Shown here: piece by piece, positions 18,926 through 29,642 of the stretch
Layout: each line of letters opens with the position of its first letter
Numbering within the stretch: position 1 is the stretch's first letter
Assembly: GCA_030429765.1 (NCBI GenBank)
Contig: JAUIER010000003.1
Coordinates: 144,402 to 208,401 of the forward strand
Origin: a bacterium
Lineage (GTDB): Bacteria; Omnitrophota; Gorgyraeia; Zapsychrales; Zapsychraceae
Direction: 5' to 3'
Length of the DNA stretch: 64,000 nucleotides
Notes under the pieces: model-generated
Databases searched by the model: none
What the model was told of the DNA's origin: nothing
The model's input: only the letters and a program-made list of their open reading frames with translations
Made by a program: the position numbers and the translations under genes

Positions 18926-19258
18926 ATGAAACACCTCAATACAATACTAGCCTTTTTAATCTGTTTGGGATTCGCTGTTCAGGCCGAGGCCCGATCGCTG
19001 TCCAATACATTTGACGATCGTTTAACCTACGACATCTACTTCTACAGCGGCGAGAATCACACATCCGTCCTCGAAGACATTGACATCGAGGGCATGCGAG
19101 AGATCGGCGGCAAGGAATTCCTGGTCCTGAATTCCAAGGGATTCAAGCTGACCGAGGAGGCCGGATACATTCTTTTTGATGCCGTGATCGCCATTCTACC
19201 CAGCCGTCATTTCAAGGTCCGCAAGACCGATTCAATTCAGTTCAGACATCATCGCTAA
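18926..19258 (+). CDS. Exported hypothetical protein
   Basis: Signal peptide ending AEA. Confidence 0.7.
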   Translation: MKHLNTILAFLICLGFAVQAEARSLSNTFDDRLTYDIYFYSGENHTSVLEDIDIEGMREIGGKEFLVLNSKGFKLTEEAGYILFDAVIAILPSRHFKVRKTDSIQFRHHR

Positions 19259-19278
19259 TCCATCACATCATCTTTTAT

Positions 19279-19839
19279 ATGACATCCAGACCCGACCCCG
19301 AAATCATTCACGAAGGCCGATTTATCCGTTTCCAGAAGGTGGGAGATTGGGAATTCATACAGCGCAATAACTGCACCGGTATTGTGATCATCGTTCCGAT
19401 GACGGATGATCAGCAGGTGATCTTTGTCGAGCAGTACCGGCCGCCGGTTGACAAGTTCGTGATCGAGTTTCCCGCCGGGCTACTCAATGATCGGGCGGAT
19501 TATCCGGATGAATCCATCGAAAGCGGTGCGAAGCGCGAGCTGATGGAGGAGACGGGATACCGGGCGGAGCAAATTATTCCATTGCTGGACGGGCCGATCT
19601 CGGCCGGATCCAGCGCGGATACCGTGACCATGGTCCGGGCCGCGGGGTTGACCAAGGTCGGCACCGGCGGGGGCGATGAGACGGAATCCATTCGGATACA
19701 TGAAGTTAAGCTCTCCGACGTGGATGCGTGGCTCGAACATCAGCGGCAGCAGGGTTTTATGATCGAACCTAAAATTTATTCTGGACTTTATTTCCTAAAG
19801 TCCTATAATAGTTCACTTCCGAACAAGGTGAACCTCTAG
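19279..19839 (+). CDS. NUDIX hydrolase (ADP-ribose pyrophosphatase-like)
   Basis: EQYRPP...EFPAGL...AKRELMEETGY Nudix box. Confidence 0.93.
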   Translation: MTSRPDPEIIHEGRFIRFQKVGDWEFIQRNNCTGIVIIVPMTDDQQVIFVEQYRPPVDKFVIEFPAGLLNDRADYPDESIESGAKRELMEETGYRAEQIIPLLDGPISAGSSADTVTMVRAAGLTKVGTGGGDETESIRIHEVKLSDVDAWLEHQRQQGFMIEPKIYSGLYFLKSYNSSLPNKVNL

Positions 19840-19924
19840 CCTTGGATTACCCCTCTCATTTCAAGACAAATTTGTGATTGTGAGATTGAAGATAAGATAA
19901 ATCGAAAAAAGGAGTATGTGCAAA

Positions 19925-20971
19925 ATGAGCAAAGTAACTGACTATTTAGGCGATGACGCCAAAGATCTACTCGAGCATAAGTGTAAAACGATTTCCAAGG
20001 ATGCGATCACGATTCCAAGTTCGACATATGTGGATGATATTTTCATCAATTCTGACCGATCCAACAATGTGATCAGAAACCTGCAGTCAATGTACGATGC
20101 CGGCCGATTAGGCGGCACCGGATACCTTTCAATCCTTCCGGTTGATCAGGGTATCGAACACACAGCCGGTGCCTCGTTTGCACCTAATCCAATCTACTTT
20201 GATCCGGAAAACATCATCAAGCTGGCCATCGAAGGTGGATGTAACGCCGTTGCATCGACGTTAGGTGTGCTTGGGCTATATTCTCGCAAGTATGCCCACA
20301 AAATTCCATTCGTGGTCAAGATCAACCACAACGAGTTGATGACTTACCCCAACAAATACGACCAGCGATTGTTCGCGGACGTTGAGCAAGCGGCCGACAT
20401 GGGCGCAGCCGGGGTGGGAGCCACCATCTATTTCGGATCAGAAGAATCATCACGACAAATCGAAGAAATCTCAGAGCAATTCCAGCGCGCGCATGAGTTG
20501 GGCTTGTTCACGATTCTATGGTGCTACGCTCGTAATAATGCCTTTAACGCCGACAAAGATTATCACGTCGCGGCGGATGTGACGAGTCAAGCCAATCACC
20601 TGGGTGTCACGATTCAGGCGGATATCATCAAGCAGAAGCTTCCGGAAAACAACGGCGGTTTCACAGCGGTTAAGTTTGCGAAATCACACAAAGACATGTA
20701 CGAAAAACTATCCAGTGACAACCCGATCGACCTTTGCCGATACCAAGTGGCCAACTGCTACATGGGCAAGATCGGATTGATCAACTCGGGCGGCGCATCC
20801 GGAGCGAATGACTTCCAGGATGCCGTTCGTACAGCGGTCATCAACAAACGGGCCGGCGGTATGGGATTGATCTCAGGCCGTAAGGCGTTCCAGCGTCCAA
20901 TGAAGGAAGGGGTTAAGCTTCTTAACGCCATTCAGGACGTGTACCTAGACGACAAAATTACAATCGCGTAA
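19925..20971 (+). CDS. fbaB: Class I fructose-bisphosphate aldolase
   Basis: [28 protein letters not shown]. Confidence 0.96.
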   Translation: MSKVTDYLGDDAKDLLEHKCKTISKDAITIPSSTYVDDIFINSDRSNNVIRNLQSMYDAGRLGGTGYLSILPVDQGIEHTAGASFAPNPIYFDPENIIKLAIEGGCNAVASTLGVLGLYSRKYAHKIPFVVKINHNELMTYPNKYDQRLFADVEQAADMGAAGVGATIYFGSEESSRQIEEISEQFQRAHELGLFTILWCYARNNAFNADKDYHVAADVTSQANHLGVTIQADIIKQKLPENNGGFTAVKFAKSHKDMYEKLSSDNPIDLCRYQVANCYMGKIGLINSGGASGANDFQDAVRTAVINKRAGGMGLISGRKAFQRPMKEGVKLLNAIQDVYLDDKITIA

Positions 20972-20991
20972 TCATCGCGGTTTTGATCCCG

Positions 20992-21049
20992 ATGGGGCAG
21001 TTGGTTTTTCAAGAAAGACAAGAAAAACCGGCTGTCCCATTTTTATTTA
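20992..21049 (+). terminator. Intrinsic terminator
   Basis: TGGGGCAGTTGGTTTTTC...GAAAAACCGGCTGTCCCA stem followed by T tract. Confidence 0.65.
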
Positions 21050-21103
21050 TGCTATAATCTGACCGTCTTCCAAATCAACATATCTACCAATATGGGAGTC
21101 CTC

Positions 21104-21703
21104 ATGAATACATTTGACGCGATTGAACAGCGCCGGGCGGTCAAACATTATGATCCCGCGCATCAACTTTCGGACGACGAGATCAATCAATTGATGTCCC
21201 GTGTCGTTCTGTCCCCGACATCATTTAACATCCAGAACTGGCGGTTTGTGATCGTTAAAGATCCTGATTTACGCAAGCGGATACGGGCCGTGTCCTGGGA
21301 CCAGGCTCAAGTGACGGATGCCGGCTTGCTCGTAATTCTTTGTGCCAATAAAAACGCGTGGAAGGATTCAGCCCGGTATTGGCAGACGGCCCCCGAGGAT
21401 GTCCGGAACTTTCTGGTGTCCGCGATCGAACAATACTACGACGGTAAAGATCAGATTCAGCATGATGAAGCCATGCGATCCTGCGGCATCGCGGCGCAGA
21501 CATTGATGCTCGCGGCCAAGGCGATGGGGTACGACTCGTGTCCGATGGTGGGGTTTGATTTTGAGCAGGTTGGTAAATTGATCAATCTGCCGGATGATCA
21601 TGTGATCACGATGTTTGTCGTGATCGGTAAGGCCGTTAAACCGGCCAATCCGCGCGGCGGACAGCTGCCATTAAGTGAGGTTATCGTTCATGACACGTTT
21701 TAA
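21104..21703 (+). CDS. Nitroreductase family protein
   Basis: RRAVKHY, SPTSFNIQNWRF, GYDSCPMVGF. Confidence 0.93.
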   Translation: MNTFDAIEQRRAVKHYDPAHQLSDDEINQLMSRVVLSPTSFNIQNWRFVIVKDPDLRKRIRAVSWDQAQVTDAGLLVILCANKNAWKDSARYWQTAPEDVRNFLVSAIEQYYDGKDQIQHDEAMRSCGIAAQTLMLAAKAMGYDSCPMVGFDFEQVGKLINLPDDHVITMFVVIGKAVKPANPRGGQLPLSEVIVHDTF

Positions 21704-22280
21704 AGCGCTGATGTGCTCGATTGTTTGTGCCGGTATGGTTGTTGTAGGACTGTTACCCGATAGCGCCCAGGCGCTGCACATCAGTCAACAGGAGTTTGTC
21801 GAGGAGTACCGGGGGCATGATCTTGAGCTGGTGTTGATGGGGGCGGGGCTGCAGCGTTTTACCGTGATGAAGATGGCCGCGGTGGGTATGTATTTGCCGG
21901 AGAACATCAAAAAGGAAACTCTGTTGGAGGACGGACCACGCCGGGTGGAAATCGTTTTTCTGCAGCGGATGTCCCGTCAGGAAATGCACGATTTTATGAA
22001 AAAACATATCGCGGCCAATTGGCGGGCGGAAGCCAGCGATGATTTATCCGAACGGCTGGAGGCCTTCCTGGGGATCCTCGATGAGACCTCGGTGGAAGAA
22101 CGCCACGCCTACACGTATATTCCGGGTGAAGGGACGATTATCGAGATCAACGGATCGACCATCGCGACAGTCCCGGGAGAGGATTTCGCGCACGGATTGT
22201 TTTCCGTTTATATCGGCACCAAACCGGCTGATACAAGACTTAAGCGGAAATTGATGGGCAGTCTGGACTATCACAAATAA
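21690..22280 (+). CDS. Chalcone-isomerase-like exported protein
   Basis: L.L.GAG.R...Y.PGEGT...GEDF..GLFSVYIG.KPAD..LKRKL. Confidence 0.8.
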   Translation: MTRFKALMCSIVCAGMVVVGLLPDSAQALHISQQEFVEEYRGHDLELVLMGAGLQRFTVMKMAAVGMYLPENIKKETLLEDGPRRVEIVFLQRMSRQEMHDFMKKHIAANWRAEASDDLSERLEAFLGILDETSVEERHAYTYIPGEGTIIEINGSTIATVPGEDFAHGLFSVYIGTKPADTRLKRKLMGSLDYHK

Positions 22281-22327
22281 TCAAGTTTTTTTCATGAGAG
22301 ACATGTCGGGGGCATGCTAAAATAGAG

Positions 22328-22681
22328 ATGATCAAATTTTACGGTTATAACAAATGTTCGACCTGTGTGAAGGCCAAAAAGTTTCTCAAGGACCATGGTG
22401 TAGAGTTCAAAGACATTGACATCACGGTTGAACCGCCCAGTCAGTCAGCGTTGCGGCGAATCGTTCAGGCCAAGGTCTATCCGCTCCGTAAGCTATTTAA
22501 CACGTCGGGCATGGCTTATCGCGAAATGGACATGAAATCCAAAATGGATTCGTACAGCGAGGCTCAATTGATTGAGCTGCTGAGTCAGAACGGCCGGTTG
22601 GTCAAACGCCCGATTGTGATCGACGGAACCAGACACACCGTCGGTTTTAATAGCGATAAATTCAAGGAAGTATGGGGTTAA
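22328..22681 (+). CDS. ArsC/Spx-family protein
   Basis: CSTC, LFNTSG, LVKRP. Confidence 0.9.
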   Translation: MIKFYGYNKCSTCVKAKKFLKDHGVEFKDIDITVEPPSQSALRRIVQAKVYPLRKLFNTSGMAYREMDMKSKMDSYSEAQLIELLSQNGRLVKRPIVIDGTRHTVGFNSDKFKEVWG

Positions 22682-22683
22682 GC

Positions 22684-23454
22684 ATGAAGAAAAGGCACTG
22701 GATTTTGGCGTTAGTCATGGCGGTTGTGCTGTTGGCCGACATGAACGTGGCCGCCGAGGAAATGTTGGGAAGCAATCGGCGTTTTCGGATCAACAATCCC
22801 GACGGTATCAAGTATGAATTCGCGCGCGACTACATCACCAGTCTCAACTATCTTAAAGAGAACAACGAGCGGTTTGAAGATGTGGCGATCCTCGCCTTTT
22901 CCGAAGACAAAGAGATTGATCGTATCGCCGCACTGCGGGACGATTTGATTCGCAACAATCTGAACCTGCGCATCGCGCGTAACTACCTATCAAAGTATCT
23001 GCGTCAGGCGGACAATGGACTGATCCTCAAGGCGTCTGACATGTTTACCAATTTCTGTGACCGGCTGATTGATCTGAACAATGAAGAGAAGCTCCTACTC
23101 GAAGATTTATACTACACGCAGCTCAAGGATGAGATGGATGGGTTTGATGTCGATGGATTTACCCGGTCGCAGCGACGCATCGGCCAGGCCCGGAAAACCA
23201 CCCTTAAGGAATTACTGGAGACGACTATCCTGGTCTCCAAGATCCTGATCAGTCCTCAGGAAAATTATGCCGGCCAGTTCGACCGGCTCGGGATCACACA
23301 GGAGGAGCGTTACAAATTGCTGTACAAGATTGATGAGTTTGAAGATGATCGCTTCAAAGGAGAGTTGCGGCCGGGATTGACCTTCTTGGAAGGCAGTGTC
23401 GTGACGCTGCGCGAGATTCTTGAAGACTATGACTATACAGCCCTGGACGGCTGA
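22684..23454 (+). CDS. Exported helical hypothetical protein
   Basis: Signal peptide; long ORF in operon context. Confidence 0.7.
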   Translation: MKKRHWILALVMAVVLLADMNVAAEEMLGSNRRFRINNPDGIKYEFARDYITSLNYLKENNERFEDVAILAFSEDKEIDRIAALRDDLIRNNLNLRIARNYLSKYLRQADNGLILKASDMFTNFCDRLIDLNNEEKLLLEDLYYTQLKDEMDGFDVDGFTRSQRRIGQARKTTLKELLETTILVSKILISPQENYAGQFDRLGITQEERYKLLYKIDEFEDDRFKGELRPGLTFLEGSVVTLREILEDYDYTALDG

Positions 23455-23496
23455 TTTAAATACGACGGTTAGATCAATGGACATAGGAGGCAGACT

Positions 23497-23748
23497 ATGA
23501 CCGATAAAGAACAAGCGGACAAGCTTCTACGGAATAAAAAAGTAATCGAAGAGATCAATCGGCATTTATGGATTGAAAGTGAAAAAAGCGGGCATGATAT
23601 CGGTTTTGATCAAGCCGCGGAGGACTGGCTTAAGCGGTTTTCCAAGGCCTGGATGGACTATCATATGCCCAAGCGATCATCGCCCAAAGATTCAGCCAAA
23701 ACTCCAGCCAAGAAATCCGGCACCAAATCACGATCCAAAAAATCATAA
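23497..23748 (+). CDS. Small hypothetical protein with Lys-rich tail
   Basis: RBS AGGAGG; EINRHLWIESEK.GHDIGF..A..DW. Confidence 0.75.
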   Translation: MTDKEQADKLLRNKKVIEEINRHLWIESEKSGHDIGFDQAAEDWLKRFSKAWMDYHMPKRSSPKDSAKTPAKKSGTKSRSKKS

Positions 23749-23865
23749 CCCGCAGGGTTTAAAGCCTTTGAGTTCCGGGGCTAAAAAGTGTTCACATTCC
23801 AACGTTTTTGTGTAAAATGGTAACGTTGAAATCACTAAAAGACATCACATCAGGAGGCATTTAGA

Positions 23866-24615
23866 ATGACACATTACACGGTTGTGCTAATCCGACACGG
23901 CGAAAGCCTTTGGAATAAAGAGAATAAGTTTACCGGATGGTATGATGTAGATCTATCCGAAAAAGGACGGACCGAAGCGGCCAACGGCGGGAAAATCCTG
24001 AAAGAAAAAGGATTTACGTTTGATCTGGCGTTCACGTCGGTACTCAAGCGAGCCATCCGTACGTTATGGTACTGCATGGATGAAATGGATTTGATGTGGA
24101 TCCCGGTGATCCGCAGTTGGAAACTCAATGAACGTCACTATGGTGATCTTCAGGGATTGAACAAGGCCGAAACGGCCAAGAAATTCGGCGATGCGCAGGT
24201 GCTGGAATGGCGCCGCAGTTTTGATACCCCGCCGCCGAGTTTGACCAAGGACGATCCGCGATACCCGGGCAACGATCCGCGTTACCAGGATTTGTCGGAA
24301 GATGAGATCCCATTGGCTGAAAGTCTGGCCACCACCATTGAACGTGTGGTTCCTTATTGGGAAGAAATGATTGTTCCGGAAATCAAGAAAGGACGCAAAG
24401 TCCTGATCGCCGCGCATGGTAATAGTCTGCGCGCGCTGGTCAAACATCTTGATAATATTTCCAATGAAGATATTCTAAAGCTCAATATTCCGACGGGAAC
24501 ACCGTTGGTGTACGAGCTTGATAAAGACTTGAAACCGGTGAAGAGTTACTATCTCGGTGATCAGGCGGCTATCGCCAAGGCACAGGCCGCTGTCGCGAAT
24601 CAAGGTAAAGGTTAA
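23866..24615 (+). CDS. gpmA: 2,3-BPG-dependent phosphoglycerate mutase
   Basis: RHGES.WN, LNERHYG, AHGNSLR. Confidence 0.98.
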   Translation: MTHYTVVLIRHGESLWNKENKFTGWYDVDLSEKGRTEAANGGKILKEKGFTFDLAFTSVLKRAIRTLWYCMDEMDLMWIPVIRSWKLNERHYGDLQGLNKAETAKKFGDAQVLEWRRSFDTPPPSLTKDDPRYPGNDPRYQDLSEDEIPLAESLATTIERVVPYWEEMIVPEIKKGRKVLIAAHGNSLRALVKHLDNISNEDILKLNIPTGTPLVYELDKDLKPVKSYYLGDQAAIAKAQAAVANQGKG

Positions 24616-24630
24616 TCAATCTAATCCTCT

Positions 24631-25293
24631 ATGGATGTTCAAGCCAAAGCCGATCGGATCCAACGTCTACGTCAGCAGATAGCCGTCTGTCAGCGTTGTG
24701 CGTTGCACGAAACCCGGACTAATACTGTGCCCGGCGAGGGGGCGGTCAATGCCGACATCATGTTTATCGGAGAGGCGCCCGGACGAAACGAAGATCAGCA
24801 GGGAAAACCGTTCGTCGGACGGGCTGGTGATATCTTCGACAAATTGCTGGCGTCGGTTTCTTTAAGCCGCGACGATATTTACCTGTGCAATATTCTCAAA
24901 TGCCGTCCGCCGAATAACCGCAATCCGTTGGCCGGTGAGATCAAGGCCTGCGTCGGAAGTCTGGATATCCAGATACAAGTGGTGGATCCTCAGGTGATCG
25001 GAACGCTGGGCAATTTCGCGACGATGTATGTGCTGGAAAAGTTCGGGGTGCCGCTCAAGAAGATCAGCGAATTGGCGGGAACGATTGTCGACGTGGATTC
25101 GCCGTTCGGTCCCAAGAAGATAGTTCCCTTGTTTCACCCGGCTGTCGCTACCTACAGTCCGAAAAAAATAGACACACTTCTGGAACATTTTCAGATTTTT
25201 AAATCATTCATCACGGTCGGTGATTCATCTCAAGTTTGCATCAACTCCGTCTCCGACAGCGACCGGACCTTATCCAAATCAGGAGCCTGGTGA
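24631..25293 (+). CDS. Family 4 uracil-DNA glycosylase (4Fe-4S)
   Basis: CQRC, GEAPG, KCRPPNNR, HPA. Confidence 0.93.
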   Translation: MDVQAKADRIQRLRQQIAVCQRCALHETRTNTVPGEGAVNADIMFIGEAPGRNEDQQGKPFVGRAGDIFDKLLASVSLSRDDIYLCNILKCRPPNNRNPLAGEIKACVGSLDIQIQVVDPQVIGTLGNFATMYVLEKFGVPLKKISELAGTIVDVDSPFGPKKIVPLFHPAVATYSPKKIDTLLEHFQIFKSFITVGDSSQVCINSVSDSDRTLSKSGAW

Positions 25294-25295
25294 TT

Positions 25296-26315
25296 ATGTC
25301 GACAAAAACATCTCAAATAGATCTGGAGCTTGAGAAGTTTAACCGGTTTAAGTCTATATTTGAGTACGCACCGATCGCGATCTGGGAAGAAGATTTCTCG
25401 GCGCTGAACGAGTTGCGTGACGAGATTGAATCCCAGAAGGTGAAGAATATCAGGGATTATCTTAGCGATAACAAAGAGCTTTTAATCCGGACGTTCCGTC
25501 AGTTGAAGGTGCTGGATGTCAACAAAAAGGCCCTGGAGCTGTACGGGGCATCGACCAAGCGTGAGCTGTTGGATAATTTAGGGAAGACGGTGCATCGGGA
25601 TGTGCTGCGAATATTGGCCGATGAGTTCACCGCCCTTTTAAACGGGGAAGAATATTTCGAAACCGAGTTTAAATCCAAGTCATTGAGTGGAAAGATTTAT
25701 GAGGTCAAGATGCGGTTGCGTGTTCCGCCGGCCTATCGCAAGAATTTCCGGCGGGTGGTGATCACGTTTGAAGATATCACGCAACAAAAGAAGCGCGAGC
25801 GCAATCTGCATCGCATGGCCCAGACGGACGGCCTGACCCGGGTGTTGAATCACACAACGGTGATTAAACGGCTGGATGAAGAATTCAAACGGGCGACACG
25901 CTACAAGAAAGATTTATCCTGTCTGATGGTCGATCTGGACCACTTCAAGGGAATCAACGATCTGTGTGGACATCAGAAGGGCGACAAGGTATTGCAGCGA
26001 TCGGCAGAGTTGATCACGGAACATGTCAGGGAAGTAGACGTGGTCGGGCGGTACGGCGGCGATGAATTTCTGGTGATCCTGCCCGAAACACCCGTCGATA
26101 AAGCCACCATCGTGGCTGAAAGGCTTATCAATATTTTTAACGAGTTGTCATCGTCGGATGATCCCGGACAGGTGTTCAGCACTGTTAGTGTGGGGATCAG
26201 CGGTATACCACTGGCGAAGGCCGCCACCTCCAAAGATCTGATCTCAATCGTCGACAAGGCCATGTACAAGGCCAAGAAGGCGGGCCGTAACACATCGGCC
26301 ATTATCAAAACCTAA
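25296..26315 (+). CDS. PAS-GGDEF diguanylate cyclase
   Basis: PAS-like N-terminus; DLDHFK, RYGGDEF, RxxD I-site (REVD). Confidence 0.93.
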   Translation: MSTKTSQIDLELEKFNRFKSIFEYAPIAIWEEDFSALNELRDEIESQKVKNIRDYLSDNKELLIRTFRQLKVLDVNKKALELYGASTKRELLDNLGKTVHRDVLRILADEFTALLNGEEYFETEFKSKSLSGKIYEVKMRLRVPPAYRKNFRRVVITFEDITQQKKRERNLHRMAQTDGLTRVLNHTTVIKRLDEEFKRATRYKKDLSCLMVDLDHFKGINDLCGHQKGDKVLQRSAELITEHVREVDVVGRYGGDEFLVILPETPVDKATIVAERLINIFNELSSSDDPGQVFSTVSVGISGIPLAKAATSKDLISIVDKAMYKAKKAGRNTSAIIKT

Positions 26316-26330
26316 ATTAGGAGTGTTTCA

Positions 26331-27338
26331 ATGAGTTTTAAAATACCTGACACGCCGGAAGAGTTGTTCCGGCAAGGGTCACGGAATTTTTCGCAGATGA
26401 ACCGATATATGCCGTTTGTCCTTTTCATTTTTATTCTGCTGTTCGTGGCCGTTACCAGTTTTTATACCGTCGAGCAGGATGAAGTCGGTGTGATCCGCCG
26501 GTTCGGTAAATATCACCGTACGACCGATCCGGGGCTGCATTGGAAACTGCCGTTTAACATCGAGCAGCTCGATCGGGTGCAGGTCAAACGGATCTTCAAG
26601 GAAGAATTTGGATTCCGCACGGAAAAGGCCGGCGTGAAGACGCAGTATTCGACCAAGTCGTTCAACGACGAGGCCTTGATGCTGACCGGCGATCTGAATG
26701 TGCTGGATGTCTCCTGGATCGTTCAGTTCAAGATCAAGGATCCGGTGCAGCTGCTATTCAACGTGCGCAATCCGCGTGAGACGGTGCGGGATCTGTCCGA
26801 AGCGGTTATGCGTCAGGTAATCGGCGACAGTTCAGTGTCGCAGGCATTAACCACACGCAAGAATGAAATCAATCAGGAAGTCCGCGAGATCCTGCAGACA
26901 ACGATGGATGACTATTACAAAATCGGTATTCAAATTACCAAACTGGAGTTACAGGAGGTGCTGCCGCCTGAGCCGGTCACTAAATCGTTCAATGAAGTTA
27001 ATGAGGCCGAACAGGAACGGGAGAAGGTGATCAATCAATCCTGGGAGGCATACAATAAAGTTATTCCCAAGGCGCGGGGGCAGGCTGAGAAAACGATTCG
27101 GGAGGCCGAGGGGTATGCCCTGTCGCGTGTGAAGAAGGCCGAAGGGGACGCCGCGCTGTTTTTGGAGACGTGGAACGCGTATAAGTCGGCCAAGGATGTC
27201 ACCCGTCGACGAATCTATCTGGAGACGCTGGGCGAGGTCATCCCGCGAATCGGTAAGGTCTATGTGTTTGAACCCGAGGCCAACAATGTTATTCCGCTGT
27301 TGAACATCGGCGATAGCGAAGGAGTGAAGCTCAAATGA
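26331..27338 (+). CDS. hflK: FtsH modulator HflK
   Basis: TM plus SPFH domain; MLTGDLN, VTRRRIYLET. Confidence 0.93.
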   Translation: MSFKIPDTPEELFRQGSRNFSQMNRYMPFVLFIFILLFVAVTSFYTVEQDEVGVIRRFGKYHRTTDPGLHWKLPFNIEQLDRVQVKRIFKEEFGFRTEKAGVKTQYSTKSFNDEALMLTGDLNVLDVSWIVQFKIKDPVQLLFNVRNPRETVRDLSEAVMRQVIGDSSVSQALTTRKNEINQEVREILQTTMDDYYKIGIQITKLELQEVLPPEPVTKSFNEVNEAEQEREKVINQSWEAYNKVIPKARGQAEKTIREAEGYALSRVKKAEGDAALFLETWNAYKSAKDVTRRRIYLETLGEVIPRIGKVYVFEPEANNVIPLLNIGDSEGVKLK

Positions 27339-28297
27339 GAAATCCAATCAACGTGATCATCCTGTTTTTGGCGGCAGGATTTATCCTATTATCCACCGGC
27401 ATTTTCTACACGGTGGACGAAACCAAACAAGTGGTCGTCACACAATTTGGTGAGCTGATCGGTGAGCCGATCACACAGGCTGGACTGTATTTCAAGCTGC
27501 CGTGGCAGAAAGTCAATTACTTTGACAAGCGCATCCTTCAGTGGGATGGAGATGCCAATCAAATCCCCACGCGGGACAAACGTTTTATCTGGGTCGATAC
27601 CACTGCACGCTGGCGCATTGCTGATCCTCTTAAATTTATGCAGTCCGTCCGTACCGAAACCAGCGCACAGAGTCGTCTGGATGATATCATTGACGCGTCC
27701 ACGCGCGACGTGATCTCTTCGCACCGACTCATCGAGGCGATCCGAAGTTCCAATCGGATATTTGAGTACATTAACCAGACGCAGAATACGGACAATAGTG
27801 ACCTGGTCCAGAGTGAGATTGAAGAGATTCAGATCGGTCGTGAAGAACTGGCTCGGAAAATTTTATTGCGCGCGGCCGAGACGATGCCTTCGTACGGCAT
27901 TGAGCTTGTCGACGTGCGCATCAAGCGGATCAATTATGTTGAGGAAGTCAAACGGAAGGTATACGAACGGATGATTTCTGAGCGTAAACGGGCCGCCGAA
28001 CAGTTTCGCTCCGAAGGTCAGGGGAAGAAGGCCGAGATTGAAGGTCAGATGACCAAGGAGCTCAAGGAGATTCAGGCGGAGGCCTATAAACAGGCGCAGA
28101 TGATTAAAGGGAAGGCTGATGCCGAGGCGATCAAGATCTATGCCGACGCTTACAATAAAGATCCCGAATTCTATTCGTTCCTGAAAACACTCGAGACATA
28201 CAAACGGACGATGGGTAAGGATACCAATCTGATTCTTTCGACGGATAATCAGTTTTTTGAACAGCTCAACGGAAAGCTTTCCGTCACCAAGGAATAA
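27335..28297 (+). CDS. hflC: FtsH modulator HflC
   Basis: SPFH domain; RMISER, DPEFYSFLKTLE. Confidence 0.93.
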   Translation: MRNPINVIILFLAAGFILLSTGIFYTVDETKQVVVTQFGELIGEPITQAGLYFKLPWQKVNYFDKRILQWDGDANQIPTRDKRFIWVDTTARWRIADPLKFMQSVRTETSAQSRLDDIIDASTRDVISSHRLIEAIRSSNRIFEYINQTQNTDNSDLVQSEIEEIQIGREELARKILLRAAETMPSYGIELVDVRIKRINYVEEVKRKVYERMISERKRAAEQFRSEGQGKKAEIEGQMTKELKEIQAEAYKQAQMIKGKADAEAIKIYADAYNKDPEFYSFLKTLETYKRTMGKDTNLILSTDNQFFEQLNGKLSVTKE

Positions 28298-28298
28298 C

Positions 28299-29180
28299 AT
28301 GGCCGCGACATTGAAAAATCTGGATGCCTATGAAGTCTCGTTGACCGTCCCCGATACCGATCCGGGCCAACTGGAAATTCTGAAGGTGCTTCTTGAACGG
28401 TTGGGCGTAACACGCGACCGCTTTATCGAGCTGTCACAAAATGGCTTGAACGTCTTGTCGATCTACTACCAGAATACATCTGAAGGAGAGACATTGCGGC
28501 GTAAGCTCGTCAATTGCGGGCTCAAGAACGTGGAGATTCATGGTAAAACGCTGAAAGGCAGTGACTGGCAAAACAAATGGAAGAAAGACTTTCGTCCATT
28601 TCAGTTGACGGAACGTTTTGATGTGGTGCCGTTCGCCTATCGCAAAGAATATAAAAAACAGGAACGTCAGCCGGTTTATATCGATACCAGTTTTGCGTTT
28701 GGAACCGGACTTCATGCGACAACCCGGTTTATGGCCGGATTTGTTGAACGGGCCTCGGGTAAATTTGAAAGTTTTCTGGATATCGGAACAGGGACCGGAA
28801 TTCTGTCCCTTATCGCATTGCACTGCGGGGCGACGGATGTTACGGCGATTGATTTGCGAAAGGATATTATTGAGATCGCCAATACGAATTTCGAGGCCAA
28901 TGGGTTCAAGAAACAGAAGGCGCGGGCTGTTAACTTTGAAAAATTTAAGGCTGAGGTTCAGTTTGATTTTGTCGCGGCGAATTTGATCACGCAGGATTTG
29001 ATCGAATTCGGTCGTAAGATCGTGGCGCGGGTCAAGCCCGGGCAATTCCTCGCGGTGTCGGGTATATCATTGAATAATTATCCGATGTTCCGGGAAAACT
29101 TTCAGCAATATCCGCTGAAGTGTGTGAAGGTCGAGCGCGGCGAGGGTTGGGTGGCCGTTCTGTACAAGCGGACATCATGA
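28299..29180 (+). CDS. prmA: Ribosomal protein L11 methyltransferase
   Basis: DW...WKK.F.P, AFGTGLHATT, LDIGTGTGIL. Confidence 0.9.
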   Translation: MAATLKNLDAYEVSLTVPDTDPGQLEILKVLLERLGVTRDRFIELSQNGLNVLSIYYQNTSEGETLRRKLVNCGLKNVEIHGKTLKGSDWQNKWKKDFRPFQLTERFDVVPFAYRKEYKKQERQPVYIDTSFAFGTGLHATTRFMAGFVERASGKFESFLDIGTGTGILSLIALHCGATDVTAIDLRKDIIEIANTNFEANGFKKQKARAVNFEKFKAEVQFDFVAANLITQDLIEFGRKIVARVKPGQFLAVSGISLNNYPMFRENFQQYPLKCVKVERGEGWVAVLYKRTS

Positions 29181-29611
29181 CACCTGCGGATTCCCATCAC
29201 AATTCCAGAGAACAGGACGTCCGGAAACGGCTGCGGAAACTTCAGATTCTCGAGAAGGATATTCAGGAATACTTCGTGCTCTCGTCGGGACCTGGCGGTC
29301 AGAATGTCAATAAAGTCGCCACGTGCGTGGTGCTGAAGCACGTTCCCACCGGTATTCAAATCAAATGTCAGGAAGGGCGTACGCAACGATATAACCGAAT
29401 CCGGGCGCGGGAATTGTTGGCGGAACGGTTTGAGGCGTATCGTCAGCAAGTCATCGCCGCGGAACGGCAGGCCCGCGAAAAACTTCGCCGGCAAAAGCGT
29501 AAGCGCAGCCGGCGATCCAAAGAGCGTATGCTGGAGAACAAGCGGCGGCAGTCAGACAAAAAAATATCACGACGCAAGGTGCGGTTGGATAAACCCGGCC
29601 GCTACGATTAA
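29177..29611 (+). CDS. ArfB/RF-like ribosome rescue peptidyl-tRNA hydrolase
   Basis: SSGPGGQNVNK with basic C-terminal tail. Confidence 0.88.
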   Translation: MTPADSHHNSREQDVRKRLRKLQILEKDIQEYFVLSSGPGGQNVNKVATCVVLKHVPTGIQIKCQEGRTQRYNRIRARELLAERFEAYRQQVIAAERQAREKLRRQKRKRSRRSKERMLENKRRQSDKKISRRKVRLDKPGRYD

Positions 29612-29642
29612 CTTGGTGGCGGATTTACAGAGAGGTTTGAGC

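Noticed and set aside
18917-18929. 13-nt match (TGACCGTTTATGA) to the island repeat; also ATGATTAGCCGG near 57971
   Set aside because: No flanking palindrome or GGGGCTGWCCC; compatible with chance.
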